Positions 48,520 through 62,527 of a DNA stretch of 64,000 bases are shown here, in pieces. Numbering within the stretch: position 1 is the first letter of the stretch; every line of letters starts with the position of its first letter. A model generated the notes under the pieces. The model made no database searches. It saw nothing but the letters and a program-made list of their open reading frames with translations, and was not told the origin of the DNA. The DNA comes from Chiloscyllium plagiosum (lineage: Eukaryota): assembly GCF_004010195.1 (NCBI RefSeq), contig NC_057718.1, positions 70,453,025-70,517,024 on the forward strand. The letters are read 5' to 3'. The position numbers and the translations under genes are program-made.

Positions 48520-49774
48520 GTAAGTGGTTAAAAGTCTGTAGTTTTCTATTTTGGAAAGCCAGGCGTGTTTAAAACTCCTTTTTTTTTAACTAACTTAAGA
48601 TGGTGTCTTGCGAAATAAGTCGCAGAAATCACTGCATTGCATTACATATAATCTAACGCTTACACCCTCCCCTAGATTTTCTTTTCCCTATTATGTAATT
48701 CTGACTGGGAAAGCAGTTTTCAAAAAGTAATCTTGCTTTAACTGAAGCATTACAGGTTGCTCTGGTTAATAAGTTATGTTGAATAGTTGCTGTTAGTCAA
48801 GCCTGGCAATAAGCTGTTCCTTTAACAGTATCTTGTTTTTCCTTTTTTGGACTTTACCACCCTACAGTAAGTTTTTTTTTAAGTAATTCCCCTTCCAAGT
48901 TTCAGAGGTGGCTTAAATATGATGAACAAAGCCTACATTTGTACTAGAGTAAAGTGCTTCAAAAGTTTTGAGTTGGTTACTGTGGAAACACTAGAGGGTA
49001 TTATTTAATTGATCCAAAAAATGGATTACTCCTGCCTTCAAGAAGAATGTAGTAGGCATGAGCTTTGGGTGTGTTTTTTTTTACTCTTCTACTTTCAATG
49101 TTTTCCTTAAATGTGGATGGCTTATTTAACTCTTCTTGGATACATGAAAGTTCATAATGCTTTCTGATTTAACAAATTAGGTCATACATTTTGTTCAATA
49201 ATTAATTGTGGTTATTCTCATAATTTATAAATTTTAACATTTGAATCTCCATGTGAGTGTTTTGGTTTTAGTTTAAATGTTTCTCCAGTCTGAGCCATAC
49301 CTTGCACTCCAATAGCTTTGCCAATTCTGGATTATACCTCTTTTAATGTATAAAATACATTGTACTAGATTAGTTAAATGTAACTTGAAAGAAGACATGT
49401 TCACCTTTAATACTAAGGATACAGATTTCAAACACTATGTAACAAAGCTTTTTTTTTACACTGGCAATGGCTAGGAGCTTGTTGCCTACAAGAGTAGTTG
49501 GAACAAAGACACATGTTTTTCAAAAGGAAATTGGGCAGTAGAAGACAGTCAATTTTCAGGGCTGTGGGATAGAGCAGGGGAATTCTGGTGTACAGCCAGC
49601 ATGGACGCAATAGCCACATTCTGTGCTGAAATGATTCAAAATCTGGGAAGATTTTGAAACTGAAAGAGGGGAGAAAATAACTTGGCATGTAACCTTTTTT
49701 TTATTTTCATGACCAAGATCTTTGGCTAGTTATTTAAACAGTTTAGAATTTTCAAAGGTAATGATTAACATTTC

Positions 49775-50030
49775 AGAACAGAAATGTGGAGACATTTCTT
49801 CAGCCAGAGAATGGTGGGTGTGTGGAGTTCATTGCCGCAGAGTGCAATGGAGGCCGGGACGCTAAGTGTCTTCAAGGCAGAGATTGATAAATTCTTGATG
49901 TCACAAGGAATTAAGGGCTACGGGCAGAATGCGGATAAGTGGAGTTGAAATGCTCATCAGCCATGATTGAATGGCGGAGTGGACTCGATGGACTGAATGG
50001 CCTTACCTCCACTCCTATGTCTTATGTCAA
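49775..50030 (+). mobile_element. CR1 LINE 3' end
   Basis: FFSQRMVGVWSSLP; tail CCTATGTCTTATGTC. Confidence 0.85.
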
Positions 50031-51030
50031 GAACTCCTGCATTTTGTGCATGTAACTGACCAATATTAAATGGATTAAGGTTGAATATGCCAGGAACTGA
50101 ATTGAAACTAATGTAGAGGAAGTATTGTCACCACTACTAAACTGGAGATTGAGCTGAACAAAGGTAATCAGGATTTAAGATGATTCCAGGCAGCTTTTAA
50201 CAAAACATTTTTTTCTCATTAAGATTTCAAAAGACTGAAGTTTTTTTTTTAAAGCATTTTTAAATAAAAAGTTGATGTAATGGTGAATCTATGAAGCAAT
50301 TTAGTAAGTCAGTTAGGTATTATGTTCAGTTTTTGATTCCATATTTCAGGATGGATTTGAGGCAATAATGAGGTTAACAGCAGACTTATTAAAGACCCAT
50401 TCCCCTATGTCAGGATGTTTTAATGGGGTAGCGGTGTGCAAAAAGAACTTGTAACACTGGAGTGTTTTTCATTAGATCAAACAATTTGTAAAATCCTCAG
50501 CATTCTGTAATTATGAAGGGATGACAAAATAGAAGCAATTGGTTTTTGGCAGTTAGTATAAACTTAAGATTCTGAACAGCACAGGGGGAGGTCTTTGCAG
50601 AGAGGGTGGTGGGATGCACTGCTGGTATTGCTTGACGTAGGAAATGACAATACAGAATAGGTAGCTGAAGGATGGGTGGGTGCATGCAATTAGGGTTACT
50701 CATTGCATGTCAGCATGAGTTAACTGGTCTAAGTAGCCAGTTTTGTCACCTGTTCCAGAAAGTTAAATATACTTGCTGGTTGTTTTTGTGATGTATTGTG
50801 CGCTTGAGTTTTCATTTCTTTAGGGACAATTACTGGAATGTGGTATCAGCAATTATGGAGGGTTGATTGGTACACAGGCTGTTTTTCTCCTCCAGGATCA
50901 AAATAACTTACGACATAACAATTTTTTAAAATCTTCAATTAATATAACTTTTTTTTGTAAGCCAATATTTAAAACTTTTAACATGTTATTAAATGCATTG
51001 AAATGTCCCAAGATGTTTCACATGAGTATT

Positions 51031-51325
51031 CGGGTGGCACAGTGGTTAGCACTGCTGCCTCAGCGCCAGAGACTTGGGTTCAATTCCCACCTCAGACTGT
51101 GTGGAGTTTGCATGTTCTCCCCGTGTCTGCACGGGTTTTCTCCGGTGCTCCGGTTTCCTCCCACAGTCCAAAGATGTGCAGGTCAGGTGAATTGGCCATG
51201 CTAAATTGCCCGTAGTGTTAGGTAAGGGGTAAATGTAGTGGTATGGATGGGTTGAGCTTCGGCAGGGTGGTGTGGACTTGTTGGGCCGAAGGGCCTGTTT
51301 CCACACTGTAAGCAATCTAATCTAA
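51031..51325 (+). mobile_element. HE1-like SINE
   Basis: A-box TGGCACAGTGG, B-box GGTTCAATTCC, (AATCT)n tail. Confidence 0.93.
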
Positions 51326-52141
51326 TGTGTCACCTAGCTACAAATAGCTTTAGTTGCTGAAAGCTGAGTCAAAGGGATGCTTTATGTGTTAAAGGAGAAA
51401 AGCAAAGCCAAAAGAGGTGAAGGAAGAGGATTCCAATGCAGGGAGCTTAAGTAACTGAAAGTGTGGTCATTAGTTAGTGACCAACTCTGTAGAGTTCACA
51501 TGTTCTTCCTAAACATTGCCCTGTAGTATCCAAGGACGTGCAGCTGGAGTGGGTTGACTATGGTTTTAAATCCCCATGTGCAGTTAGGGGGATGGGATAG
51601 AATGGGGTGCTTTTTAAAGCGTCAGCGCAGGTTTGATAATCTAAATCTTTTTTAAGATGTCATCCATGGCTCAATGGTATCACTGTTCAATACTCAAACC
51701 CAGGTTATCAAACTTGACTGTAAAGACTTGATGTAGGTCCACACTAAGGTTAAGGATATGCTGTTTTGAGATTGTTAAATTGAACATTAAAAGGTTCTGT
51801 GCATAGTGGTGAAATTGTTCACAGTGACATCATTGTCATTTATCAATGTCTCAAACATTTGAATATTTTATTTCATTGATGTTTGTGGGATCTTGTGTAG
51901 AAATGGGCTGCAGTGTTTTATCATGTTATGACAGTAGCTATGCTTGGGTTTGCTCAAGTATTTTTGGATGTCAGTGTTGCCAAGTGCTATACAAGAAAAA
52001 TTGTGATGACTTGAAAATTTCTTGATTTTTAAGTGTCTTGGATCACTCATGAACTAGAGTAGCCAAATGGGTTTGGTTTTATATTTTCTGATCAACTTGT
52101 CTTGAGACTTGAACCCATCTCTCCTGGCTTAGAGATGGGAA

Positions 52142-52515
52142 GAGAAAGTGGGGACTGTAGATGCTGGAGATCAGAGTCAAAACATGTGCTGGAAAAGCAT
52201 GGCTGGTCAGGCACATCCAAGGAGCAGGAGAGTTGATGTTTTGAGCAAAAGCCCTTCAGGAATGAGGTGGTGGCCCAAGGGAGTGGAGGTAAATGAGGGG
52301 TGGGGCTGGGAAAGGTAGCTGGGAATGCAATAGGTAGATGGAGGTGGGGGGGGGGGGGTGATGTACAGTTTGAAGGTGGTGCTAGGATAAGAGGAGGGGG
52401 AAATGAAGAAACTGGTGAAATCAACATGGATCCCATGTAGTTGGAGGGTCCCAAGGTGGAAGGTGGTGGTCTTTAGGCATTGGGTGGCTAGAGTTTGGTG
52501 GTGGAGGAGGCCCAT
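52142..52515 (-). mobile_element. Penelope-like 3' fragment with decayed family A hammerhead
   Basis: FHLGTLQLHGIHVDFTSF on the minus strand; CATTCCTGAAGGGCTTTTGCTCAAAACATC decayed core. Confidence 0.85.
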
Positions 52516-52571
52516 GGGAGCACTATCATTGCACCACAACAGTCCTAACTTGGTTCAGTTTAACATAACTG

Positions 52572-55500
52572 AGGGGGAGATCCAAGATGGCAACGTTCTA
52601 GGAGGATCATGTTGCAGAGCTCCGCACCACAACACAAGTGGGACGAATTTCTAACCCGCCTAACCTGGGCCATCGTGATATCCTGGGACTCGAGAAAGGT
52701 CGTGGAGTCCCAGGAAACTGAAAAATTGACTTACCTGCATTTTTGCCACCCAGAGATGCTGGAGGAGGAGCGTCTGAGGCTGGGCCTGCATGCCAGCCTG
52801 CAGAATCCTCTGACTCCATTACCTACTAGGCCCTGGTGAATGAACTCGCAAAATCTCACGAGATGCTGGGTAAGCAGATAGAGGATAAGCTGGCCCCGAT
52901 CTCTATCATGCTGCAGAAACATGAACAGCAGCTGGGAGGCCTGGAAAAGAGGATGGATGAGGTTCAACACAATCACAGTGGTGGAAGCTGATGCTAATTC
53001 CTCCAAGGATAGGATTCAAGCTCTGGAAACGCAGGTCCATAATTTGTGACCAAGTGGATGATCTTGAACAGGGGCAGGAGGAAAAAAATTGGATCGTCTG
53101 TCTACCTGAGTGTAAGGACGGTGAGCGGCCGGTGAAATTTATTGAGGACTGGTTGCCGAAATTCCTTAACTTTGAGGCTTGAAGATGGGCTGACTGGGTC
53201 ACTGTGCGCAGATCAGGTCTGAATCAATGTCCTCGTCCTCTCCTGGTATGGCTTCATCACTACAAAGGCACACACAATTGTGGAAGCTTCCAGAATCCAG
53301 GGGAAGGATCGATGGGCCCTAATTTACGAGGGCTCTAAGATAACATTCTTCCAGGACTTCTCAGCAGTGGTGACCCAGAAAAGAGAATCCTATCTTTGAA
53401 GAGAAGACTGAGGGAGCTAGGGATTCAATACTCTGAGGTATCTGGCAGTGCTCAGATCCCCTTAAATGGAGCTGTACATCTCTTTGACATGTCGGAGAAA
53501 GCAAGAAACTTTGTGGAAACTAACCTAATCTGAATAATTTAGTATGTACAAAAGTGTTTTGTGTATATCTTTTTTAAAAAACAGGAAGTCCAGTTGGAGC
53601 TTGCTTTTCCTATTTCTTTCTATTGATGGTTTAAACCAAATTACCAATGTTTGGCGACAGTTGAGATGTGTACTTTCAATTTCTAAGTTATACCAAAGGA
53701 CGGGTGGGATATTTACCCCTTTTTTTTTTCTTTAAAAACAATTTTCTTTATTCATATTGCTATTCCATGGTGTATTTTTCTGCTTGTTTGCAGTGTGTGG
53801 CTCTAACTAGAAGGAGGGAAAATGGTTGGGATGACTAGATGCCTACTTATGGGCAGTTTGGGATGGGTAGTTGTCCCTTTGGGCAGGGGTGAGTTCCCCT
53901 TTTCAGTGCTATTGGTGCTTTATTTTGGGTTGTTTTTTTTTTCTTTTTATTAGGCTTGTTTAAGTGTAGTTTTTTTCCTGTTTGGATCATGTGACACTAA
54001 GGTTCAGCGATTTGTGGTTAGAGTTCCTCCTCTCTGGAATTTTTAAATGTTACTGCAGAAGATTTGTGGCTAATGACTTGACTTTATTTAAAATAGTGTA
54101 CCTGGAATATCAAAGGAGGTCACTCACCAATTAAGAGGAAGAAGGTACTCTTGATTCTTAAAAAGGAGAAGGTGGATATTGCTTTGTTACAGGAGACTCC
54201 CTTGGATGATAGGGAGCATTTGAAATTACAGAATGGCTTTGATCGGGTTTACTTTTCATCCTTTAATGCCAGAAGTAGGGGAGTGGCTTTATTGGTGAGG
54301 AGGAATCTCCAGTTCTAATTTAGAGTGTGTTAAAGACATACGGAGGTTTGTAATTCTTAAAGCCTTGATAAATGGGGAAGAATATGGTGTTTCAAATGTT
54401 TTATTGCCCTCGAGCTCATCACCTCAAATTTTTGGTAGATGCCTTTTCTAAACTGATCAGTCTCATCCTGGCATATCATATTTTATAGCAGGAGATTTTA
54501 ACTGTCTTGTGGATCTCACAGTTGCTCAAAGGCCCCTTGATACTCCATCTACTGGATCTGTGTGTGGAGTTAGGGTTTGTGAACGTCTGGCGGTGTCTTC
54601 ACCTTACAGGCAGGGAATTTACATTTTTCTCTTTCCAATTCGCACAGATATCAGACCAGGATTATGGTTTTTTTTCCCCCTCTGTGGCAACCCTAGATTT
54701 GGTGGCATCTTGTGTGATTGGTAATACTACCATCTGATCATGCTCCAGTGTAAGATTAAGGACGTTACAGTGAAGGACTGGTGAATGGATCCCTTTTATC
54801 CTCCAGGGAAAGAAGCTTCTGGAGTATTTCTCTAGGGAATTCCTAGACATTAACTCAGGCTCAATTAGTACCCCATCCGTCCTTTGGGAAACTGCCAAAG
54901 CCTATGCCAGAGGGTTAGTTATTTCCTACGCCACCAGTAGGAAGTGGCAGAAGGGTAAGCAGCAACATCTCTTCTAAGCATGGTTGAAGGCAGCCAAGAA
55001 GGCTTAGTTCGACAGGCCCTCCATGGTCCAACGGAGGATTACAGCGCTGCTGTCTGCATTGAATTCCATGCTCTCTGCTTTGCAAAAGCAACCTTCTTTG
55101 TTGTCTCAGAGAGCATGGTGACAGGCCAGGCAAATACTTTGCAAATCTCGCTTGGAAAAGGAGTGCCCCACAGGCCATTATGGTGATCAGGGAAGGGTCT
55201 GGGAACCTAACATGTGCCTCCAAAAAGATTTAATGTGGCATTCCAGAGATTTTACTCTAAGTTATACCAATCTGAGGGTTGAGGAGGGGTGGGCCAAAAT
55301 GGAATCTTTAAAGATCTGGAGCTCCCTGGCGTGACCCCCCCCCCAAACAAGAGTCCTTTTCCAATGTCATCTCCTCCGAGCAAGAGGTGCAGGAAATTGT
55401 GAAACCGCTTCAGAGTAGAAAGGCGCCCGGTCCTGATAGACTTCCCAGTGAGTTCTGTAAGGAATTTATAAACATGCCATCAGGCCTGATGCTCAACATG

Positions 55501-57763
55501 TTTAATTACTCATAGCCATGATTGTCTCCCGCCATCTGAAAGGCTAATATTTCGCCCTTTTTTTTTGAAAAAGGGTCCTAGAGGACTGTGCTTCGTACAG
55601 GCCCATTTCACTTTTAAATGTGGAGTTTAACACCCTAAGACACTCTCATTTAAGGCTAGAGACTGTGTTACTCTCTATTGTTAAAGAGGACCAGATGGGC
55701 TTCATAAAGGGCCACGTCCTCCAATAATGTTAGGCTGCTTAATGTAATTCAAGCATGTCAATACAGGGATTGGTGATTTCTTGCGATGCAGAGAAGGCTT
55801 TTGACTGAGTTGAATGATCATACCTTTTCTACACTCTCTCTCTAGAGGTGGTTTGGTTTGAGTGAAGTCTTTATAGGATGGGTGAAAGTTCTCGACAGTC
55901 CCTCTCGCTGCAGTCATCACTAGTGGGGTATGATCAAGCAATTTTAAGGACAGCTGGCAGGGCTGTCCCCATCGCCACTGCTGGTGATTGAACCATTGGC
56001 AGAGGCCATTCATAGGGATACTAATGTATCAGCTCCAGAAGTGGGGTCAAAATTACATAAGATTTTATATCCGAATGATGTCCTAATATTTTTCTAATCC
56101 AGCAGTTTCAGTGCCTCGCCAAATACAATGCATCTGTGTGTTTGGTGCCTTTTTGGGGTACAAGATTAATCTTTCAAAATCAGAGGCTATACCTATGGGT
56201 GGTCTTATGAAGGTGCTAGGTCTTGAGGGTGAATATAGATTTCCCATTTAAGTGGTCACAGGGGTGTTTTGTGCATTTGGGCATATTCATTACTCTAATT
56301 CTGGATCAGCTGTTCAAAGCCAATTTTCAATTATTTGACTAAAAATCAAACAAGACCTTCAAAGATGGGAGGCCTTCTAGTCCTGTGGTTGGGTCGGATA
56401 GCGCTTAATAAGATGAATATTCTCCCCTGAGTTTTCAATAAGCAAACATTTCAGGAGGCTGGCTGGTTAGGCTCCTTTTTTTTATTCGGCATCGTAAACA
56501 GCCCCTCATTTAAATTTAACTGAACTGCAACTATCTTAGATTGGGGGAGTGGACCTTAGCAAACTTAGTTGGAAGTTTTTTTTTAATCCTACATGAGTGA
56601 GCCTTTGGGGGCCCTCTTTCAGTATGGTTTGATAGTGAAATCTCCCAGGCAAGGTGCCCCCTTACTAACTTGCTGTTTCTGGACTAAATGAGGACAGTTG
56701 GGGAATATTGCCATAACCCAATAGTTATCGATACGGTTTAAAGCATGGAGGGCAATTCAGCAGAAGGAAGGCAATATTGGCAAAACATCTTTTACACCTA
56801 TAATGGGTATGCCACTTTTCACCCCGGGGATGATAGATTCTGGATTCAAACGTTGGGCATCTTGCATGGGTGATTTGAGTGAGAGACAATGATGCCCTTC
56901 AATCAGTTAGCATGGAAATACAAGCTATCCAACAGGGATCTCTTTTTTTTTCCAAGTTGGGGGACTTTATTTTTAAAAAATCCACACTTTTGATCTCTAC
57001 AAATCCAACATAGGGTGCTCGGTGCTAAGAGTACACTTTCTGTTGGCACTTTATAATCAGTTGAGGGGTTTGACTGAGCAGGGTGTGGAAGAGAGCTAGG
57101 CATTGAAGTCTCCTCCGGCATGGGAAGGTATTTGGGGAAAATGCAAGGAAGCTATCCATTTGCAATAGGATCCATGCTTTGCATTGAAGATTTCCCCACA
57201 CTTGGCTCCAGACTGTTTTGTGTCAAAATTTTAAGCCACAGGTATCTTCATGTCCCAAGTGCAAGGTCAGTATGGGCGCTCTCGCTCTTCTTCCCTCCTT
57301 GGCCTGCCCAGTTTATCCTCACTTTTTTTTTGAGCAAGGAAGGAAGATCGTTTTGGGTATCTGAAAAATCCCCCAGGCCTTTTGGGTTGGTGGAAGATTG
57401 TTATGGATTTTCTCAAGTATGGTACACCCCACACTGAGAATTTTTACAAGACATTGCAGCCCTTTTCAGAATATCTGGACACCGATTTATCTGTCACACT
57501 AATAAGGACTTTTATATAGCCGTAATAATTGTTTTATTTTGAATCCAGTATTCAGGGAGGAGGAACTATGAATGTTTTGTTTGGCTGAATTGAATTTTTG
57601 TATTTATTTATTAAGTTGGGTTTTTATTATTTTTCTGTATATTTATTTATACACGAGGGTCGGTTGTTTTTACTTGTGTTCTTTGTACTGTTTTGAATTG
57701 TTTTGTTTTCTATTTGTAATGTTAAATTTTATTTTTTTCAATAAAATATATTTTTTTTAAAAA
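52572..57763 (+). mobile_element. Full-length L1-clade LINE, decayed (5' UTR, ORF1 ~52800-53530, ORF2 APE-RT ~54060-57520, polyA signal)
   Basis: Start GGGGGAGATCCAAGATGGC; TWNIKG, IALLQET, RSRGVALL, AGDFN, ISDHAP, KAPGPD, YRPISLLN, DAEKAFD, QGCP motifs; AATAAA 57740-57745; ATAACTG at 52565-52571 and 57764-57770 (TSD). Confidence 0.9.
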
Positions 57764-60700
57764 ATAACTGCTGAAGGGTAACAACTGCTTTTCTCAGTTT
57801 AAATTTCCAACTGAAAGACTGACCTTCTAACAATGCAGTGCAAGCCTTATCAGTCTGGATTATTAATTAAGACCACAGCAATGGGGATTGGCTAACCCTA
57901 ATCTAATTGCTATCAAATCAACTAAAATGACATCCAGTTGTTTAATTCATCTAACTTAAATGTGTGGCACCACTCTAATTTTTAATTTTAATTTCCTTTT
58001 TCAATACATGTATAGTTTTAAATACTATCTTTTTTTAAGATCCTTTTTAATTACAATTGAAAATATGTTCCTTTTCAATGGCGTTGGTTTCAAAAGTTCA
58101 AAAGGAGTGCTTTATTTCTCTAACATACAATGGGTGATTCTAATGTGAGTCATATATTGAGCAAGTTCCAGCAAATTAATCAGACTTTTAAAGAAGTCTC
58201 CCTGTTTATTTTTCCAGATATGGAAAGTAATGAATGCTGCGGTGTATTAAAGAACACAGTAAAGTTTTTTACTCTGGGCTTTGAACACCTGAAAATGTTC
58301 CTGAATAGCTTGGATTTGGTAGTTGCTTCAAACTTCTCCCAGTGCCCCTATACAGTAGATTTGAATAGAGTTGAGGATCCTTTTTATGCAAATATTCAAA
58401 AATCAAACTGTATTGGAGCTCAGTTAAACTTTTTTTAAAAAACCTTTTCAGTGCTGCTACTATTGGTGAATTCTTAATTACCTTTTTAAATGTCATTAAT
58501 TGTACCAGCCTCCCTTCCTCTGGCAGCTCATTCCATACATTCACCACCCTTTGCTTGAAAACGTTGCCCCTTAGGTCTCTTTTGTATGTTTCCCCTCACC
58601 CTAAACCTATGCCCACTAGTTCTGGACTCCCTATTCACCCTATCCATGCCCCTTTATGATTTTGTAAACCTCTAAGGTCACCCCTCTGCCTCTGCTCCCA
58701 AGGAAAACGGCAAAAGTTAAACACTACTTTTTTTGCGGTTTGTTGTGTTTTTTAAGATGGTTTTTGTACTGTTTGTAACAAAATACATGTGATAATACAA
58801 CTGGGCCTGGTAGAAACCTCTGCTCCAAAAACAGTGCAGTAAACCTCTCACCAGGACATGGCACCTGCAGCCATGTACGTTTGCTGCCCTCTTCACTGGT
58901 TTTTAAAAAAACTCTAGTGACGAGAGCCAAACAGAGCCCTGAACTGATTTTTGCCTCATGAATATCCATCTTGTCATGGTGAACTGGATAGCTGTACTGA
59001 GAACAGCACATATTGCATAGATTTACTGGCAGTGATTAATAACCAGTGCATGACTGTTAGGGAACAGGTGAATAGCCACAAGAAGCAGGAGAGGTGATTA
59101 TCCCTTTATTCTAATGGGCTTGCTGTTAACATAGGTTATCTTGTTTAGTGACTTTCTTTAACTATCTTCTACAAGGTGATTTTCGATAGCATGAGGTTGC
59201 AGAGGATCACAACTGTCACTTTAGAGCTGAACGACCTGGGTCCCTTGAAGTATATAGGGACAGTAGGAAAGAACTTAAACAAGAAATTAGGGAAAAAAGG
59301 GGTCATGAAAAGTTAGCAAATAAGGTTAAGGAGAATCCCAAGGTTTTTATATACCCTTTAAAAAAGCAAGCAGGTAGCTAGTGAAAGGTTGGCCAGCACT
59401 AGGACAAAAGAGTGAAGCCAGAAGTAGTAGGTGAGGTCCTAAACAAGTACTCTGTTGGTATTCACTAAAGAGAAGGAATTAGCGGAGAATGATCTGAAGG
59501 AAGGGAGACTCTTTAGGAATTTTAAAGAGTTGCTGTCAAAAAAAAAAACAAGATGCTATGTGCCCTAAGATAGAAGTCAGTGTCCTGATGGGATCTATTC
59601 CAGAATATTGATTGAGGCAAGAGAACAAATTGGAGCATTAACAGAACTTTTGTATCATCTTTGGCCACAAGTGAGGTCCCAGGGACTGGACAACCATGTT
59701 GTCCCATTGTTTAAGTACAGTAGAAGGGATAATTCTGAAAATTACAGGTCTGTGAACCTCACGTCTGTAGAAGAGAAATTATTGGAAAAATTCTCGGGAC
59801 AAGATCTCTCCCCATTTTTAGAAGCAAATGTACTTAGCATGCTTTTGTTTCGGAGGTTGTGCCTCTTAACTGGATTGAGTATCTTTTTTGAGGTGATGAA
59901 GATTTGAAGGAAAAGCAGTTGATTTGTCTACATGAAGTTCAATAAAGCCTTTTGACTAGTGTTGTGGTAGACTAGTACAAAAGGTGAGGCCGCCCGGTAT
60001 CTGGTGATCTGGCAAGATGGATACAGATCTGACTCTGTCTTAGACAGGGTAGTGGTGGAAGGATGCTTTTTGGACTAGAAGTTTGTGACTGGTGTTTCCT
60101 GGGGATCAATGCTGGGACCTCTGCTGTCCATGGTCTACATAAATGATTTGGAAGAAAACATGGCTGGTCTAATGAGTGTGTTTGCCCATACAGAAGTGGG
60201 TGGCGTTGTGGACAATGAGGATTGTCAGAGAATACAGCAGGATATTGATCAGTTGGTTTGGGGGGGGTGTGGGCACAGGCAGAAAACCTGGCATATGGAG
60301 TTTAATCTGGACAAATAGGTGATGCATTTTGGAAAGTAGAGTACAGTAAATGGCAGAACCCTTCTGCATATTGATACGCAGAGTGATTTGGGTGTGTAGG
60401 TCCACAATTACTGAAGGTGGCAGCACTGATAAGGTTTTTTTTATAAATAAGGCCTATAGCACGCTTGCCTTCATTTTGGAGGGACATTCAGTATAAGAAT
60501 AGGCAAGTTATGTTGCAGCTTTGTAGAACTTAACTTTGGCCATACTTGGACTACTGTGTGCAATTCTGATTGTCACACTAACAAAAGGATGTGGATGTTT
60601 TGGAGAGGGGACAGAAAAGGTTTACTAGGATGTTGCCTGTAATAAGGGATTGTAACTATTGGAAAAAAGGTTTGATAGATGTTTGGTTTTTGTTTGTCTG

Positions 60701-62527
60701 TCACTAGAATGCAGGGGATTGAGGGGTAACCTGAAGTTTATAAGATTGTGTGAATGGAGTGGAATGTTGGCTTCCTCCCCCCCCAGTGTGGAGCGCTCCA
60801 TTTAATAAGTGGGGAGGGGGAAGGCAGTGGTTGTGAGGAGTGGGAGTTTGAGATGTGCAAGTCCAGCTTTTCTCATGAAGGGTGGTGAGCATGCTGCCAG
60901 AAGATGTAGTGGAAGCAGATGCACTAATAGCATTCAGGAAGTACCTGGATGCCTACATGAATAGGAAGGGAATAGAGAGATGTAGATCCTGTAAGTGAAG
61001 ACCATTTTCAGTATGGAAGAGCAAAATGCATCAGCCCAGGCTTGAAGGGTCTATTCTAGTACCATGGAAGAACAATATCCTTCCTACAGAAGGGCAACCA
61101 GAACTGGACACTACTCCAGAAGAGACTCCCCAGCGTCATGTACAACCTCAATATAGCATCTGAACGCCACACGCAATGGCCTGAGCAATGAAGGCAAGCA
61201 TGCTAAATGCTGCCTTAACCACCCTGTCTACCTGTGACACAAATTTCAAAGAACTGAGGTTTCTGCTCTGCAATGCTCTCCAAGGCCCTCCCATTAACTG
61301 TAAGTCCTCCCCTTGTTTGTTTTTTAACAAAATACCTTGCATTCATCCAAATTAAATTCCATCTGCTGCCACTCACCCCATTGGCCAATTAATCTCTTTG
61401 TAAACTTGGATAAGCTTCTTTTTACTGTCCACTATACCACCAATTATGTGTTATTTGCAAACTATGTTCTCATTTAAAATCACTTAATGAACAAAATTGG
61501 ACCCAATAAGCTTTCAATTGATTTTCTTCAAGTACATTTAGAAAATGTTTTTTCACACTAAAGGAATGTTGAGATATATGTAGATTATAAACTAGATATG
61601 GTTTTTGAATGTTGACTTAATTATTCCTGAGTAAGTATTGATCATGAGTCTTGCCCTAAGTAATTTATTTTGGTAGGTAATGAGGAAAACTTAGGTTGAC
61701 TTCTATTTTATATAGCAAATTCCATGACCTCCGGATACCAGACACTTCACAGCTAATGAAATTTTGAAATGTAGCTCTTCCCACATAGCAAGCTGCCAAA
61801 AACAGTGATCATGAGCTGCTAATCTGTTAGTGATTTTTGCTTGTTTTGAAGCTTTGTTTTGAGGCATAAGTATTGGACACTGAAGAAAACCTTCCTCTTG
61901 TTCAGAGTAATATATTCCCTTTCTTTTAGGGCTCAATGTAGGAGCAATAAGTTGAGAGCACCCTGGATGTCTAAAAATATTCGGAACTGGTTAAGAAAGA
62001 TTAGCATACAAATGAAAAAATCAACCGAGGCTGTAATCACGTAGAATGTGTGCAGGGATGGTGCTTAAGGAAATAATTGGAGCAAAGACTCATCATGCAA
62101 GATTTAGTGAGAATCTCAAGATATTTGAGAATATCAAGGGCAAGAGAATAACCAGGGAAAGAATTGAGCAAATTAGCTGTCCTCCGGTCCTCTGTCTGAT
62201 GTGGTTTCATTTACTTTTTAATAAAAGGATGGTAGAGAATCCAAGGAAATAAAAGGCAGCAAGTCTCTCGTTAGTGATAGGAAAGCTGTTGGGGGAAAAA
62301 AGAATTCTGAAAGAGAATTGAATTTCTAACTTAGAAATGCTAGATGTACAGCACAGAAACTGACCCTTCAGTCCACCTCATCCATGCTGACTGCGTATCC
62401 TAATCTATTCTAGTCCTATTTGCCAGCACTTGGCCCATATATCCCTCCAAACCCTTCCTATTCATATACCTATCCAGATGCCTTTTTAAATATTGCCATT
62501 GTACTAGCCTCCACTAAATCCTCTGGG

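Larger units (their letters stand above)
47560..48620 (+). promoter_or_regulatory. CpG-enriched, repeat-free promoter/first non-coding exon region of the ERM gene
   Basis: Visible CpG excess against a CpG-depleted background; CCAAT at 47840, GCACGT at ~47829, GGGCGG at ~48273; candidate donors CAG|GTAAGA (~47680) and GAG|GTAAAT (48074). Confidence 0.7.

Noticed and set aside
48335..48523. 62-aa ORF over the promoter/exon region
   Set aside because: Non-ATG start, spans the splice acceptor and is in a different frame from MPKP; incidental.
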